Shown here in pieces: positions 40,341 through 50,524 of a stretch of DNA of 64,000 nucleotides. The stretch lies in IMG/VR virus record IMGVR_UViG_3300003430_000799. One strand, written 5' to 3'. The position numbers and the translations under genes are program-made. The stretch comes from a virus. Below the pieces are notes generated by a model. It searched no databases. It was given only the letters and a program-made list of their open reading frames with translations, and was not told where the DNA came from. The first letter of the stretch is position 1, and every line of letters starts with the position of its first letter.

Positions 40341-40889
40341 TTAATCAAAAATATATTTTCCCACCCATTCAGTTTTAATTAAAATTCCATTTTTTAAATA
40401 CTCATCTTTAGTTTCAAACTCAAATCCAATAGGCATCTTTAGTTGTTGGAGGGATTTGATAAATTCAATAAAATCCCCTCCATACCAATTATTACCTTTA
40501 TCTAATTGTCCTGCTTTAAAGGCCTCTCTCATATCCTCCTCTGTGTACTTATACTTCGCTTTGGCTTTGTTATAGCCTTGGAAAAATCCATGATAAACAT
40601 CGTCTTGTGCAGTTTCATATATTGAATGATTTTTAGAATACTCTTCTGCCAACCTTTCAACATCATCTTCAATTGGTGGTAATAAATCTACACCATTGAG
40701 AATGGAAGCTCCATTTAAAGGTAAATGTGCTATGATTTTTTTATATCTACCTTTATTAGGATTTACCGAATCTAAAGGATAATTGCCAACTTTATTTTTG
40801 TTAATCTTAATATGCCAATCACCTTCCGTAATCTTACTATCATCGACAACAAGTAGATAGTTGTCTGTTTTAATTATGTTGTGTCTCAT
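40341..40889 (-). CDS. Hypothetical protein between tRNA-like elements
   Basis: KKIIAHLPL...YTEEDMREAF modules. Confidence 0.75.
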   Translation of the reverse strand: MRHNIIKTDNYLLVVDDSKITEGDWHIKINKNKVGNYPLDSVNPNKGRYKKIIAHLPLNGASILNGVDLLPPIEDDVERLAEEYSKNHSIYETAQDDVYHGFFQGYNKAKAKYKYTEEDMREAFKAGQLDKGNNWYGGDFIEFIKSLQQLKMPIGFEFETKDEYLKNGILIKTEWVGKYIFD

Positions 40890-40906
40890 AGTCTATTAAT
40901 TTTTTG

Positions 40907-41019
40907 TAGTCCTGACAGGATTCGAACCTGTATTTGTATATGTTTGTGACCTCGACTGCCGCTGTATCCTCAAACTAAATCACCTGCCGATGTGCGTCTA
41001 CCAATTCCGCCACAGGACT
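40907..41019 (-). ncRNA. tRNA-like element 4
   Basis: Arms identical to element 2; ~60-nt unrelated centre. Confidence 0.75.
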
Positions 41020-41028
41020 AATTTTTTA

Positions 41029-41060
41029 CAAAAATAGACACACCAATTGACATTTCCAAA
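41029..41060 (-). promoter_or_regulatory. Bacteroidota-type promoter directly upstream of tRNA-like element 4
   Basis: TTTG-N20-TATTTTTG. Confidence 0.7.
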
Positions 41061-41143
41061 CAATAATCAAAAAATATTTTGGTTATAGATGTTTTTGTTA
41101 TTTTAAAATATTTATATTTAAATAAAAATACAAAAAAAACACA

Positions 41144-41398
41144 ATGAAAAAGATAGTAAAACTTACAGAAACAGATTTAACTAGATTGGTTAAAAGAGTA
41201 ATCAATGAAGAGTATTGGAAGGATTATAATGAGGAATTAGAAGAACTAGAATCTAATTTGGATATGATTCAGGAAAGACTTGAGGGACTAACTCAAATTA
41301 TTGATAATGATGATAATTTAGACGATGATGAAAAGGATAATTTACAAGATTATGTTGATGAATTATATATTAGGTGTAAACCAAAGAAAAGACGATAA
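41144..41398 (+). CDS. Small acidic protein, MKKIVKLTETDL leader
   Basis: Leader; TATTTAT at 41109; terminator at 41399-41433. Confidence 0.8.
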   Translation: MKKIVKLTETDLTRLVKRVINEEYWKDYNEELEELESNLDMIQERLEGLTQIIDNDDNLDDDEKDNLQDYVDELYIRCKPKKRR

Positions 41399-41434
41399 AA
41401 AATAAACCCCATCTAAATCAGGTGGGGTTTTTTA

Positions 41435-44263
41435 TTAGAACTTATGACTAACACCCAATGTTAAAGTCACACCAGGATTAACACTATTGAATACTTGTTT
41501 CTCAGCTTTATAGGAGTGATAAAAACTCTCAACTCTATCATTAAGAATATTTTGAACTCTAAAATCAATTGATGTATTCTTAATCTTTTGACTTACAGAA
41601 AGATTCAATGAATGGAATGATTCATCATAAACATCAGGAGATAATCCAGTTCCAACAATGGATAATGTTTGTCCTTTAACATTATAAAACAACCCAACAT
41701 TCAACCCAATTTTATCGTTCTTATAAGATAATCCAGTATTGATTACAAATGGTGATTGTCCTGCCATAACTCTTGTATTGTCTATGTTTTCATTTAACCT
41801 TTCATATTGTTTTCTTGCTTGATATTCTGTCTCTGTCATCGTTATTTGTGACTTAACGAGTGTGACATTGGTATTGAAATAAAAGTTCTTTAGAAACGAT
41901 TTTCTTAACTCAAATTCCAATCCATACACATCACCATTACCAACATTCCTTGGTTGATATTCAGTTGATGTTTGTTGTTCAGGTATTCTAACAAGTTCAA
42001 TTGGATTATTGAAATGTTTATAAAACCCAGATATTGAATATAAATCATTTTTATTGGATAACTCCCATCTTAAATCCAAGTTATCAATATTTGTTGATTT
42101 CAAATTTCCATCCCAAGTTCCATTATATGTGAATAAACCACCATTGAATATTCTATTTGTGATTGGGTCTAATATCTGAGCATAAGATAATTCCTTGAAT
42201 GATGGTCTCGCAATCGTTCTTGAATATGATGTTCTTAGATTTTGTTTTGGTGTTATTGAATATATGATATTTGTTGATGGGAATAGATTTATCGTTTCCA
42301 TAACTTTATCATTAACCAAATTGTTTCCATTCACATCACCATTGGCATATCTTATATCTCTTCCTGTATGTCTTTGAATAAAGTATTCAGTTCTTAACCC
42401 CAAATTAATCTTTAACTTGTTTTTGATATTATAATCACCTGAAACATATACACCAAGATTATTAACATTTGATGAATATTGATTTGGATTTGGATTCACA
42501 TTACCAGATTGAATATAAGTTCCATTGACATCAGATGGATATAAGTTATCACTATTCATAACAAGATTGGGGTCTGGTGATGCCCAAGATTGTGGTTTTG
42601 AAAACATCAATTCAAATAACTTGATTTCATAGTTTCTCAATTTATATACGTGAGATAAACCAAAGTTCAATTTGAAGTTTTCATATTCTTTATTTATATC
42701 AATCTTTGATTGGTTATTAAATTCACCCAAGTTTCTCCATATCCTTGATGGATTTCCCGCTTCACCTGATGAGAATGAATATGAACCATCATAACTAAAT
42801 GGTGTCTTTCTAATGTCAGGGTCAATTGATGATGAATAAGTTGGGGATAATTTCCAATCAATATTCCAATTGTTTATCTTGTGTTTTCCACTTAATAGTA
42901 AATTGGTTAATCCTCTTTGATTGTATTCAAGATTATATGATGTTGCATCATAACCTGATTGTCCAACAGCTGATGAATTGTTTGATATGTTGAACTTACC
43001 AGCTCTACTTTCACCACTCTGTAAATGAATTAGATTTAATTTGTATTTACTCTTACCTTTAACAAAATTGAATCCAACTAAACCTCCCAATAGATTATTA
43101 ATTTCAGTTAATTGTCCTGATTGTTTTGTTGCATAAATCAAATCATATTGTGAGTTATCAGTTACCCTTTGGTATTCACCATACTTTACATTAGTATAAA
43201 ATCTATAATCTGTTTTTTGATTTAATGATACAATATAACCAAACTTTTTATTTGTTCTTCCATAAGAAAATCCACCGCCAAAATCCAAGAATGGCATACC
43301 ATTAACACCACCCAATTCAGGATTCAAACTTCTTAAAGTATTAATAATATTCTGTTGATGTTGTGCTGAACTTATACTTGATGGTTTGTTATATGGGGTT
43401 GGGATATAACTACTTCTTAGTTCATTTGGTAATCTTCTTATTCCACCATCAAATCCTAATATGTCAGTCATACTTCCTTTCTCACTAAAGAAATTATTAT
43501 TGAAGTGGGTTTGATTATTAAATCCTGTGGTTATTGAAAATGAACCTTGTGGTGTTTCAGGTATATCTTTTGTTTCAATATTTATTAATCCACCTGTAAA
43601 ATCTGCTGGTAATTCAGCTGAGAAACTTTTTGATACGACAATATTATTTAATAAATTGGTGGGGAATATATCCATTTGAAGTGAGTTTCTGTCGGGGTCT
43701 AACCCAGGTATTTCAACACCATTCATTATTGTCTTTGAGTATCTATCACCCAATCCTCTAACATAAACATATTTTCCATTATCTATTGATACACCAGTGA
43801 CTCGTTTACTTGCTTCAACGGCATTACCATCACCAGTTGATTTCATTTTCTCAGAACTAATACCATCAACCATTGTGACTGATTTCATTTTCATATCAAT
43901 CAGACCAATTTCATTTTTAACAATTCTGTCTGCGGTAATAACAACTTCACCAGTTTCTAATACATCTTCTTTAAGAATAATATCAGGGATGGTTGTTAAT
44001 TCACCAACCAATACAATATTTTCTTGGATTTCTTTTTTATATGAGACATATGAGAACTCTAATGTAACAGTGTCTTTGTCTGAGTCTATTGTGAATATAC
44101 CTTCAATGTCTGTTGTTGTACCAACTGAAGTTTCTTTGATTATAACTGTAACACCAATTAGAGGTTCTTTTGTATTTTCATCAACAACTTTACCAATGAT
44201 TGTAAATTGTGAAAAGGATTTAAATGATAATAGGAGTAATAGGACTAGAAAGATATTTTTCAT
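41435..44263 (-). CDS. TonB-dependent outer-membrane receptor (Bacteroidota type)
   Basis: Signal peptide; N-terminal GKVVDENTKEPLIGVTV domain; plug VYVRGLGDRY...GGLINIET; SRTIARPSF; C-terminal Phe. Confidence 0.92.
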   Translation of the reverse strand: MKNIFLVLLLLLSFKSFSQFTIIGKVVDENTKEPLIGVTVIIKETSVGTTTDIEGIFTIDSDKDTVTLEFSYVSYKKEIQENIVLVGELTTIPDIILKEDVLETGEVVITADRIVKNEIGLIDMKMKSVTMVDGISSEKMKSTGDGNAVEASKRVTGVSIDNGKYVYVRGLGDRYSKTIMNGVEIPGLDPDRNSLQMDIFPTNLLNNIVVSKSFSAELPADFTGGLINIETKDIPETPQGSFSITTGFNNQTHFNNNFFSEKGSMTDILGFDGGIRRLPNELRSSYIPTPYNKPSSISSAQHQQNIINTLRSLNPELGGVNGMPFLDFGGGFSYGRTNKKFGYIVSLNQKTDYRFYTNVKYGEYQRVTDNSQYDLIYATKQSGQLTEINNLLGGLVGFNFVKGKSKYKLNLIHLQSGESRAGKFNISNNSSAVGQSGYDATSYNLEYNQRGLTNLLLSGKHKINNWNIDWKLSPTYSSSIDPDIRKTPFSYDGSYSFSSGEAGNPSRIWRNLGEFNNQSKIDINKEYENFKLNFGLSHVYKLRNYEIKLFELMFSKPQSWASPDPNLVMNSDNLYPSDVNGTYIQSGNVNPNPNQYSSNVNNLGVYVSGDYNIKNKLKINLGLRTEYFIQRHTGRDIRYANGDVNGNNLVNDKVMETINLFPSTNIIYSITPKQNLRTSYSRTIARPSFKELSYAQILDPITNRIFNGGLFTYNGTWDGNLKSTNIDNLDLRWELSNKNDLYSISGFYKHFNNPIELVRIPEQQTSTEYQPRNVGNGDVYGLEFELRKSFLKNFYFNTNVTLVKSQITMTETEYQARKQYERLNENIDNTRVMAGQSPFVINTGLSYKNDKIGLNVGLFYNVKGQTLSIVGTGLSPDVYDESFHSLNLSVSQKIKNTSIDFRVQNILNDRVESFYHSYKAEKQVFNSVNPGVTLTLGVSHKF

Positions 44264-44321
44264 ACTTATGGTTTTGACAAATCATAAATAGGAAAAATAG
44301 TTGATATAGTAAATTCTTTTG

Positions 44322-44340
44322 TATTAACTTATTGTTAAGT
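44322..44340 (-). promoter_or_regulatory. Pho-box-like site ACTTAACAATAAGTTAATA
   Basis: 18/19 identical to the site at 61310-61328; TAACA/TAATA at 11-bp spacing. Confidence 0.55.
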
Positions 44341-44342
44341 TA

Positions 44343-45194
44343 TTAAAATGCCATCACATCAAAATGGACTAATTCTCCATTTATTTGTCCAATGTTTTCT
44401 CCGTGTAAATCTTTTGTTGATATATTGTTTTCTTCCAACTTCAATAATAACTCTCTGTATTTTTCAATATAGTCTATTAGTTCATCAAATGTTATACTTA
44501 CACTTGGAGTTGGTTTTTCTCTTTTTGGTATGTAATAATTGTCTTCATCGTCATCATCAAACTCCTCATCTTCCTCATCATCTTCGTCATTACTATAATA
44601 ACCACTGATACCAATTGGTGGGAGTTCATCTTCAGGTTCAGGACTTTCCAATCTATCAACCAAATTATCCAAAAACTCATCATCATAATCATCCCAAAAA
44701 TCAGAATCAGAATAGTTTGCACCCATATAAAACATCGTTGTGTAAATATCTTTTTCTGTTTTTGGAATTGGGTTGGCTTTATCCATTAAAATACCATAAA
44801 TGTTATATTTGGGATAAAATTCGTATCCATAATAATTAACAATACCTGGTATTTCTTTCCCTACTATTTTTTCAATCCCTTTGATTTCATCTTGGTCTTG
44901 GGTTAGTTTCAATATCTTATTGTTATCAACTAAAAAGGCCATTCCATAATAACCTCTTCCAGCATATTTGATTTTTTTAATACCAAACTTATCAACCAAA
45001 TCATTAACAATATCGTTAATACTATTTCCTGATAATCCTGTTTTGATTTTGGTAATACCTCTTTCAGTACCTGAAATAACATCTTTTCTCCAGTCTTTTT
45101 TTAATTTCTTAACGTTTTTAATATCACCATAATCATCAAATTGTTCACTTACGAACTCATTCAAGATTTTTCTTATAATGTTTTTATTTACCAT
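44343..45194 (-). CDS. Protein-kinase-like fold protein with acidic insert
   Basis: GRGYYGMA P-loop, ILKLT, DLHGENIG catalytic loop, HFD. Confidence 0.75.
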   Translation of the reverse strand: MVNKNIIRKILNEFVSEQFDDYGDIKNVKKLKKDWRKDVISGTERGITKIKTGLSGNSINDIVNDLVDKFGIKKIKYAGRGYYGMAFLVDNNKILKLTQDQDEIKGIEKIVGKEIPGIVNYYGYEFYPKYNIYGILMDKANPIPKTEKDIYTTMFYMGANYSDSDFWDDYDDEFLDNLVDRLESPEPEDELPPIGISGYYSNDEDDEEDEEFDDDDEDNYYIPKREKPTPSVSITFDELIDYIEKYRELLLKLEENNISTKDLHGENIGQINGELVHFDVMAF

Positions 45195-45825
45195 ATTTTT
45201 CTTTGTGTGCTTTCAATATTGTTTGTATGACTTCTTCTTGGTCTTTTGATTTCATATTGTGAATTGGTTTATTTTCTTCAAACCAAGTTCTTACCACCTC
45301 TTCAAATGGGAGTCTCTTTAATTTTGCAAGTCTTTTGAATCCTTGTATTTGTGCTGGAATTTCGTGAGCTTGTTGATAATATTTCTTTGAAATTTTAGGA
45401 CTTTTCTTGTTTAAATTAAATTCATCGTAGTATTGTTGTAATCCGTGTTCCAATTCGTGAGCAATAATTATATTTAATTCACCAATGATATCATACATTT
45501 GTTTCTTCAAGTTATCAGGATTAACTTTAAGGATTATTTCAACAACATCATCATCAGTTGAATAAGCTCCATTAAGAAGAAATCTGTCCAAATTATCATC
45601 GTAGATAATTTTAAATTCTATTGTAAATTCGACCTCATAATCATCGAATCGATAAGAATCCATTTCTTCTTCAGAAGAAATATCTTCAGGTAAATAAAAT
45701 TCACCTTCTTCTTTTCTTTTAATTATGTCCGTTAAATCTCTAACTACTTTTCTAACAACATTCCTTTCAATTCTTGACTCATTGATAATTGAACGAAGTT
45801 GACTTTCACTAATTATTATTTTCAT
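45184..45825 (-). CDS. Leader + HExxH metallopeptidase-like domain
   Basis: MKIIISESQL; IAHELEHGLQ...HEIPA. Confidence 0.75.
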   Translation of the reverse strand: MKIIISESQLRSIINESRIERNVVRKVVRDLTDIIKRKEEGEFYLPEDISSEEEMDSYRFDDYEVEFTIEFKIIYDDNLDRFLLNGAYSTDDDVVEIILKVNPDNLKKQMYDIIGELNIIIAHELEHGLQQYYDEFNLNKKSPKISKKYYQQAHEIPAQIQGFKRLAKLKRLPFEEVVRTWFEENKPIHNMKSKDQEEVIQTILKAHKEKYGK

Positions 45826-46472
45826 ATAAATAACTCACCTTTTACTCCAAATTTATTTTTAATTTCATCTTCACTCATTCCACTATCTTTTAATTCTTTT
45901 CCAAGGGGTGTATTAGTTAACATCAAATCACCACCAACTGAAATTAAATTAGGTAATGATTCAATGTCTGTATTATCCAAACCTAAATCATATTCAACTT
46001 CTTTTAATTTAGGTAGGGAGGTGATTTTTGAATGAGCATAATATAAATCCCCAACTGACATTAAATTAGGTAGTGAGGTAATTTTACAACGATTTGTAAT
46101 ATATAATTGTTTATTAGTACTAACCAAATCATCCAAATCACTATTTAATCTGAAAAAATTTATTGTTTTCAAATTTGGTAAATTGAATATTAAGTCAATT
46201 GTCGTTTTAGATAAGTTAATATCCACATCTAAATTAGTCTTTTTTATTATTTTTTTCAAATTTATTACTGATGGTTTATATTTAAAAAGTTTGAATAATT
46301 CTTCATAATGTCCCAATATTGTACTCTGTTTTATCTTTAAACCTTTTGCAATCTGGAATGCAATATCAATATTTGTTTCATCAAATGTTTCAATTAATTC
46401 CATAATCTGTCCGAGATATTCCTCGTTTTCCAATATTAGTTTATACTGACTTTCTGTTATTATTATTTTCAT
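45822..46472 (-). CDS. Leader + LRR-like repeat protein
   Basis: ITSLPKLKEV/LPNLISVGG repeats; duplicate of 46469. Confidence 0.85.
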   Translation of the reverse strand: MKIIITESQYKLILENEEYLGQIMELIETFDETNIDIAFQIAKGLKIKQSTILGHYEELFKLFKYKPSVINLKKIIKKTNLDVDINLSKTTIDLIFNLPNLKTINFFRLNSDLDDLVSTNKQLYITNRCKITSLPNLMSVGDLYYAHSKITSLPKLKEVEYDLGLDNTDIESLPNLISVGGDLMLTNTPLGKELKDSGMSEDEIKNKFGVKGELFI

Positions 46473-47062
46473 ATAAATAACGTACCTTTAACTCCAAATT
46501 TATTTTTTATTTCATCTTTACTCATTCCACTATCTTTTAATTCTTTTCCAAGTGGGGTTTTTTCTAAACCTAAAGTACGCCCAACTGAAATTAAATTAGG
46601 TAATGATTCAATTTTTGTACCCTCTAACTCAAGAGTACCAACTTCTTTTAATTTAGGTAATGAGGTTATTTTACAGTTAGATGAAAAAAATAATTGTTTA
46701 TTTGTACTTACTAACTCATCCAAATCACCATCATTTAATGTGTAAAATGTAATTATTTGTAATTTTGGTAATTTGAATATTAAGTCAATTGTTTTTTTGG
46801 ATAAACTAATCTTAACATCTAAAATAGTCTTTTTTGTTATTTTTTTTAAATTTCCTATTCTTGGTTTATAATTAAAAACTTCAAATAACTCTTTGTAATG
46901 TTCCAATATTGTGCTCGGTTTTATCTTCAAACCTTTTGCAATCTGGAATGCAATATCAATATTTGTTTCATCAAATGTTTCAATTAATTCCATAATCTGT
47001 CCGAGATATTCCTCATTCTCCAATATTAGTTTATACTGACTTTCTGTTATTATTATTTTCAT
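46469..47062 (-). CDS. Leader + LRR-like repeat protein (one repeat fewer)
   Basis: First ~48 codons near-identical to 45822. Confidence 0.85.
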   Translation of the reverse strand: MKIIITESQYKLILENEEYLGQIMELIETFDETNIDIAFQIAKGLKIKPSTILEHYKELFEVFNYKPRIGNLKKITKKTILDVKISLSKKTIDLIFKLPKLQIITFYTLNDGDLDELVSTNKQLFFSSNCKITSLPKLKEVGTLELEGTKIESLPNLISVGRTLGLEKTPLGKELKDSGMSKDEIKNKFGVKGTLFI

Positions 47063-47063
47063 T

Positions 47064-48704
47064 TTATATTTCGTTTAATCTATCTGTTAAATATTGATTA
47101 TATATATGTCTATCTATATCAGGATACCAATTGTCATTGAAACTAGGTTTTGGAAAATCAATACTTCCTTCACTTAATAATTCATTAAATACACAACTAG
47201 GATTATCATAACAATTCTCATAGTATTCATCAAGAGTGTCCTCATCAATATTATTAGTATAATCTTTCAAATCAATTTGTATCTTAATTGTCTCATCACT
47301 GAATTCAAATACACTACCATATTCTTCTAAAGCTGATTTTAAGGTGTCTCTTAAATAATCAACATATTCATTACCAGCAATATCGTTTTCTGTTGAACTC
47401 AAAGCGTTACGGATATCGTCATTATTATCATATTGTTCTATTTTTTCCTCCAAAGATATATCTTCATCAACTTCATCACCACTTTTACTAATCCATTCGT
47501 TAATGATTGACTCAATTAATTTTTCATTTTCAGGGTTTACATAGTAATCAAGTGCTGATTTCCAATCACTTCCCCAATCCATATGCCAAACATCATCCCA
47601 AATTGAATCGGACATTATTTGTTCATACCAACTTTCTCTTTTAACCATCTCTTTACCCTCACTATTTTTATATCTACGAGTTGAATAAGTATCACCCTGT
47701 AAATATGTTCCAAGCTCATTTGGTGATAGTTCCAAAACAAATTTTGTTTGGGTAGGTTCAAAATCAATAATACCCATCTTACCCAACTTTCTTTTTAAAC
47801 CTCTTGTATTAAATAATTTAGGTCTATCGTTATATATTTTTCTAATTGTTACATCAGGTAAATCAGATAACTTGAAATCTTGGTCAGCACCATATTCAGT
47901 TCCAAAACCTTGGATTAAATAATCCTCTTCTTCTCCTCCACCACCTAAAGTATAGAATAAAGGTTCGATATATTGATGATATTCTTCTTTTGGTTTTGAG
48001 TTCTTAGGACCTTTTAATTGATATAATATCCCATTACTTCCAATTGCAGCAGTTAAATGACTTCTATTTAACTTATATTTTCCTCCTGGTAAAACTCTAT
48101 CACTTCTTAATGAATATAGATAACCATAAGAACTTCTTCCACAATGTCCCATTCTCTCACATTCTTCAGGTGAGTTTTTAACATTTAGGTCAGCCCAATA
48201 ATATCCTTCACCATCTTCATTTCTAAAATCAATTAGGATTGGAGCATTTTCAATATAATTTATCTTACCTTGACCAACATTTAGTTGGTCGTGCCATTGA
48301 GTTGATAGTGAAGCAATTTGTACTATTGATAAATCATCCAAACTACTTTTGTTACCATTTAATCCTACTCGGATATAATCCATTATTCCAGGTAATACTC
48401 TTCTGAGTGTAGATGTGGTCATTGAATTTATACGATGCTGTGCCCATTTTAACATATCTTTATGTGCAACACCAGGGTTTGACTTAGTTTTATTATCTTC
48501 ATAATAATATTTTAGATATTTGTTAGCCAACCATATTGCTAATTTTCCACAAACTTCATCGAATACTTCAGCTATATTTGGACTTAATCCCAACTTATCC
48601 ATTAGGATTTCTTTTTTGGATTCATTCAACAATCCAAAATTATCATTATATTCCTTTAATAAATTTAGGATTTTTTTATGGTAATATTTTTCTTTTAATT
48701 TCAT
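47064..48704 (-). CDS. Large protein with PcfJ-like core and acidic C-terminus
   Basis: WH...EECERMGHCGRS...LYSLRS...YQLKGPKNSKP. Confidence 0.65.
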   Translation of the reverse strand: MKLKEKYYHKKILNLLKEYNDNFGLLNESKKEILMDKLGLSPNIAEVFDEVCGKLAIWLANKYLKYYYEDNKTKSNPGVAHKDMLKWAQHRINSMTTSTLRRVLPGIMDYIRVGLNGNKSSLDDLSIVQIASLSTQWHDQLNVGQGKINYIENAPILIDFRNEDGEGYYWADLNVKNSPEECERMGHCGRSSYGYLYSLRSDRVLPGGKYKLNRSHLTAAIGSNGILYQLKGPKNSKPKEEYHQYIEPLFYTLGGGGEEEDYLIQGFGTEYGADQDFKLSDLPDVTIRKIYNDRPKLFNTRGLKRKLGKMGIIDFEPTQTKFVLELSPNELGTYLQGDTYSTRRYKNSEGKEMVKRESWYEQIMSDSIWDDVWHMDWGSDWKSALDYYVNPENEKLIESIINEWISKSGDEVDEDISLEEKIEQYDNNDDIRNALSSTENDIAGNEYVDYLRDTLKSALEEYGSVFEFSDETIKIQIDLKDYTNNIDEDTLDEYYENCYDNPSCVFNELLSEGSIDFPKPSFNDNWYPDIDRHIYNQYLTDRLNEI

Positions 48705-50428
48705 AAATGGTATCTTTCAATATAATTTAAGCTGTCATTTAGTTGTTCATTGAAGTAATCATTGTCAATATCAACTTCATCTATATCAGGTCTTCCCCAA
48801 TAAGGTTTTGATATAATGTCTCTACCAACTAACTCTTTAAATACATCGGAGGTAGAAAAGTCACCATAATCTTCTTCTATTCTATCATATACTTCAATAA
48901 CTTCTGGGTCATCAATATCAACAAGTTCTCCAATATCACCTTCAATATCAATACTAATATCAACTCCATAATCATTCCAAATAACTGAACCATAACCTTC
49001 AAGTGTAGTTAATAAAGATTCTTTTAATTTTCCAATTGCCGAATCAGCTATACTATCACGATAACAATTGTGATAAACTTCGTAAATATAATTAATAATT
49101 AAATTTCTGGTATCAATTTCTCTTATTAAATTAGCCAGTCTTGATATTTGTAAACTCCATTCTGTAATCTTTTCAACTTCTTCCAATTGTTTTAATTGTT
49201 CTTCAGTTGGTTTCATCATTTTTAATAATCTTATCATATGTGACCTTAATCCACCATAAACATTTTCTTTTAAAACTTTTTCTAATGATGGTTCTTTATA
49301 ACTAGGTAATGAATATTCTTCACTAATCCATTCATATAATTCATCAAATTTGTTGCGGTCTAAAAGAGCTTGTGATAAGTATGTTTTATTCACCACATGC
49401 CTTGAACTATAAGGATTACTACTTTGGTTTTTTGTGGTGTAAATTACTTCATCATTATCAATATAATAATGTATAGAATCAAACTCTATTTCCACATAAA
49501 AATCTGTTGGTAATGGTTCAACTTCTATTTCAATTCCCAATTCAGCCATTTTACTTTTTAACCCTCTTGATTTGAATATTTCAGGTCTAATTTCATACAA
49601 ATCTTTGAGTGTTTGTATTGGTAAATCTTCTAATTTGAAATCTTGTTGTGAAGCATATTCAGTTCCAAATCCTTTGATGAAATAATCATCATCTTCATCT
49701 TGTAAATCAAATAAAGGTAAAATGAATTTATGATATTCTTCTTTTGGTTTTGAGTTCTTAGGACCTTTTAATTGGTATATTATCCCATCATTACTTATTG
49801 ATGCTGTTAAATGACTATCATTAACCTTATACTTTCCATCTGGTGTAAATCTATAGCTCCTTAATGAATATAATGACCCAGAAGAACTTCTTCCACAATG
49901 TCCCATCCTTTCACACTCTTCAGTGGAATTATTCGTTTGTAGGTCAGCCCAATAATACCCTGTACCATTTTCATTCCTAAAATCAATTAGGATTGGATTG
50001 TTTTCAATATAATTTATTTTACTATCACCAACATTCAAACTATCGTGCCATTCTTTGGATTTGTTATAAATTTCCGAATAATTCAAATTATCCAAAGATG
50101 ACTTATTTCCATTTAATCCAACAACAATGTAATCTTTGATTGATGAAAATTGAGTTATCCAATAATTGGTTCTAAAAAACAATCCTTTTAATGCTTCTTG
50201 AGGTGTACGATAATCATTTGGAAAATTTTTGGAATAATATTCACCTATTTTTTTAGCCATCCATACTGATAAAGGACCGAACTTATCATCAAGTATTTTT
50301 GCATTTTCTTCCGACATTCCAATCTTATCTATCAATACTTTAAGTTTGGATTCAGTAAGAATATCACTATGTTTGGAGTTATACTCTTTTAATAATTGTA
50401 TTATTTTCTTTTGATTAATTAATGACAT
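48701..50428 (-). CDS. Paralog of 47064 (PcfJ-like core)
   Basis: Same core; start reassigned to 50428 after TATTTAT at 50448. Confidence 0.65.
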   Translation of the reverse strand: MSLINQKKIIQLLKEYNSKHSDILTESKLKVLIDKIGMSEENAKILDDKFGPLSVWMAKKIGEYYSKNFPNDYRTPQEALKGLFFRTNYWITQFSSIKDYIVVGLNGNKSSLDNLNYSEIYNKSKEWHDSLNVGDSKINYIENNPILIDFRNENGTGYYWADLQTNNSTEECERMGHCGRSSSGSLYSLRSYRFTPDGKYKVNDSHLTASISNDGIIYQLKGPKNSKPKEEYHKFILPLFDLQDEDDDYFIKGFGTEYASQQDFKLEDLPIQTLKDLYEIRPEIFKSRGLKSKMAELGIEIEVEPLPTDFYVEIEFDSIHYYIDNDEVIYTTKNQSSNPYSSRHVVNKTYLSQALLDRNKFDELYEWISEEYSLPSYKEPSLEKVLKENVYGGLRSHMIRLLKMMKPTEEQLKQLEEVEKITEWSLQISRLANLIREIDTRNLIINYIYEVYHNCYRDSIADSAIGKLKESLLTTLEGYGSVIWNDYGVDISIDIEGDIGELVDIDDPEVIEVYDRIEEDYGDFSTSDVFKELVGRDIISKPYWGRPDIDEVDIDNDYFNEQLNDSLNYIERYHL

Positions 50429-50524
50429 AATATTTTTTCTATAAACTATAAATATTAAAGATTCTGTCTTTATACCTATTAACCCACAAAAATAAAACCC
50501 CACTTTTTATGGTGGGGATTTTTT

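Noticed and set aside
39717-41019. Calling the four elements standard tRNA genes
   Set aside because: Three lack any 5-bp/7-nt anticodon arm and element 3 fits only with a mismatch and extra bases. Reported as tRNA-like instead.
39717-41019. CRISPR array
   Set aside because: Repeats are tRNA arms, spacing is irregular with whole ORFs between units, and no cas genes are visible.
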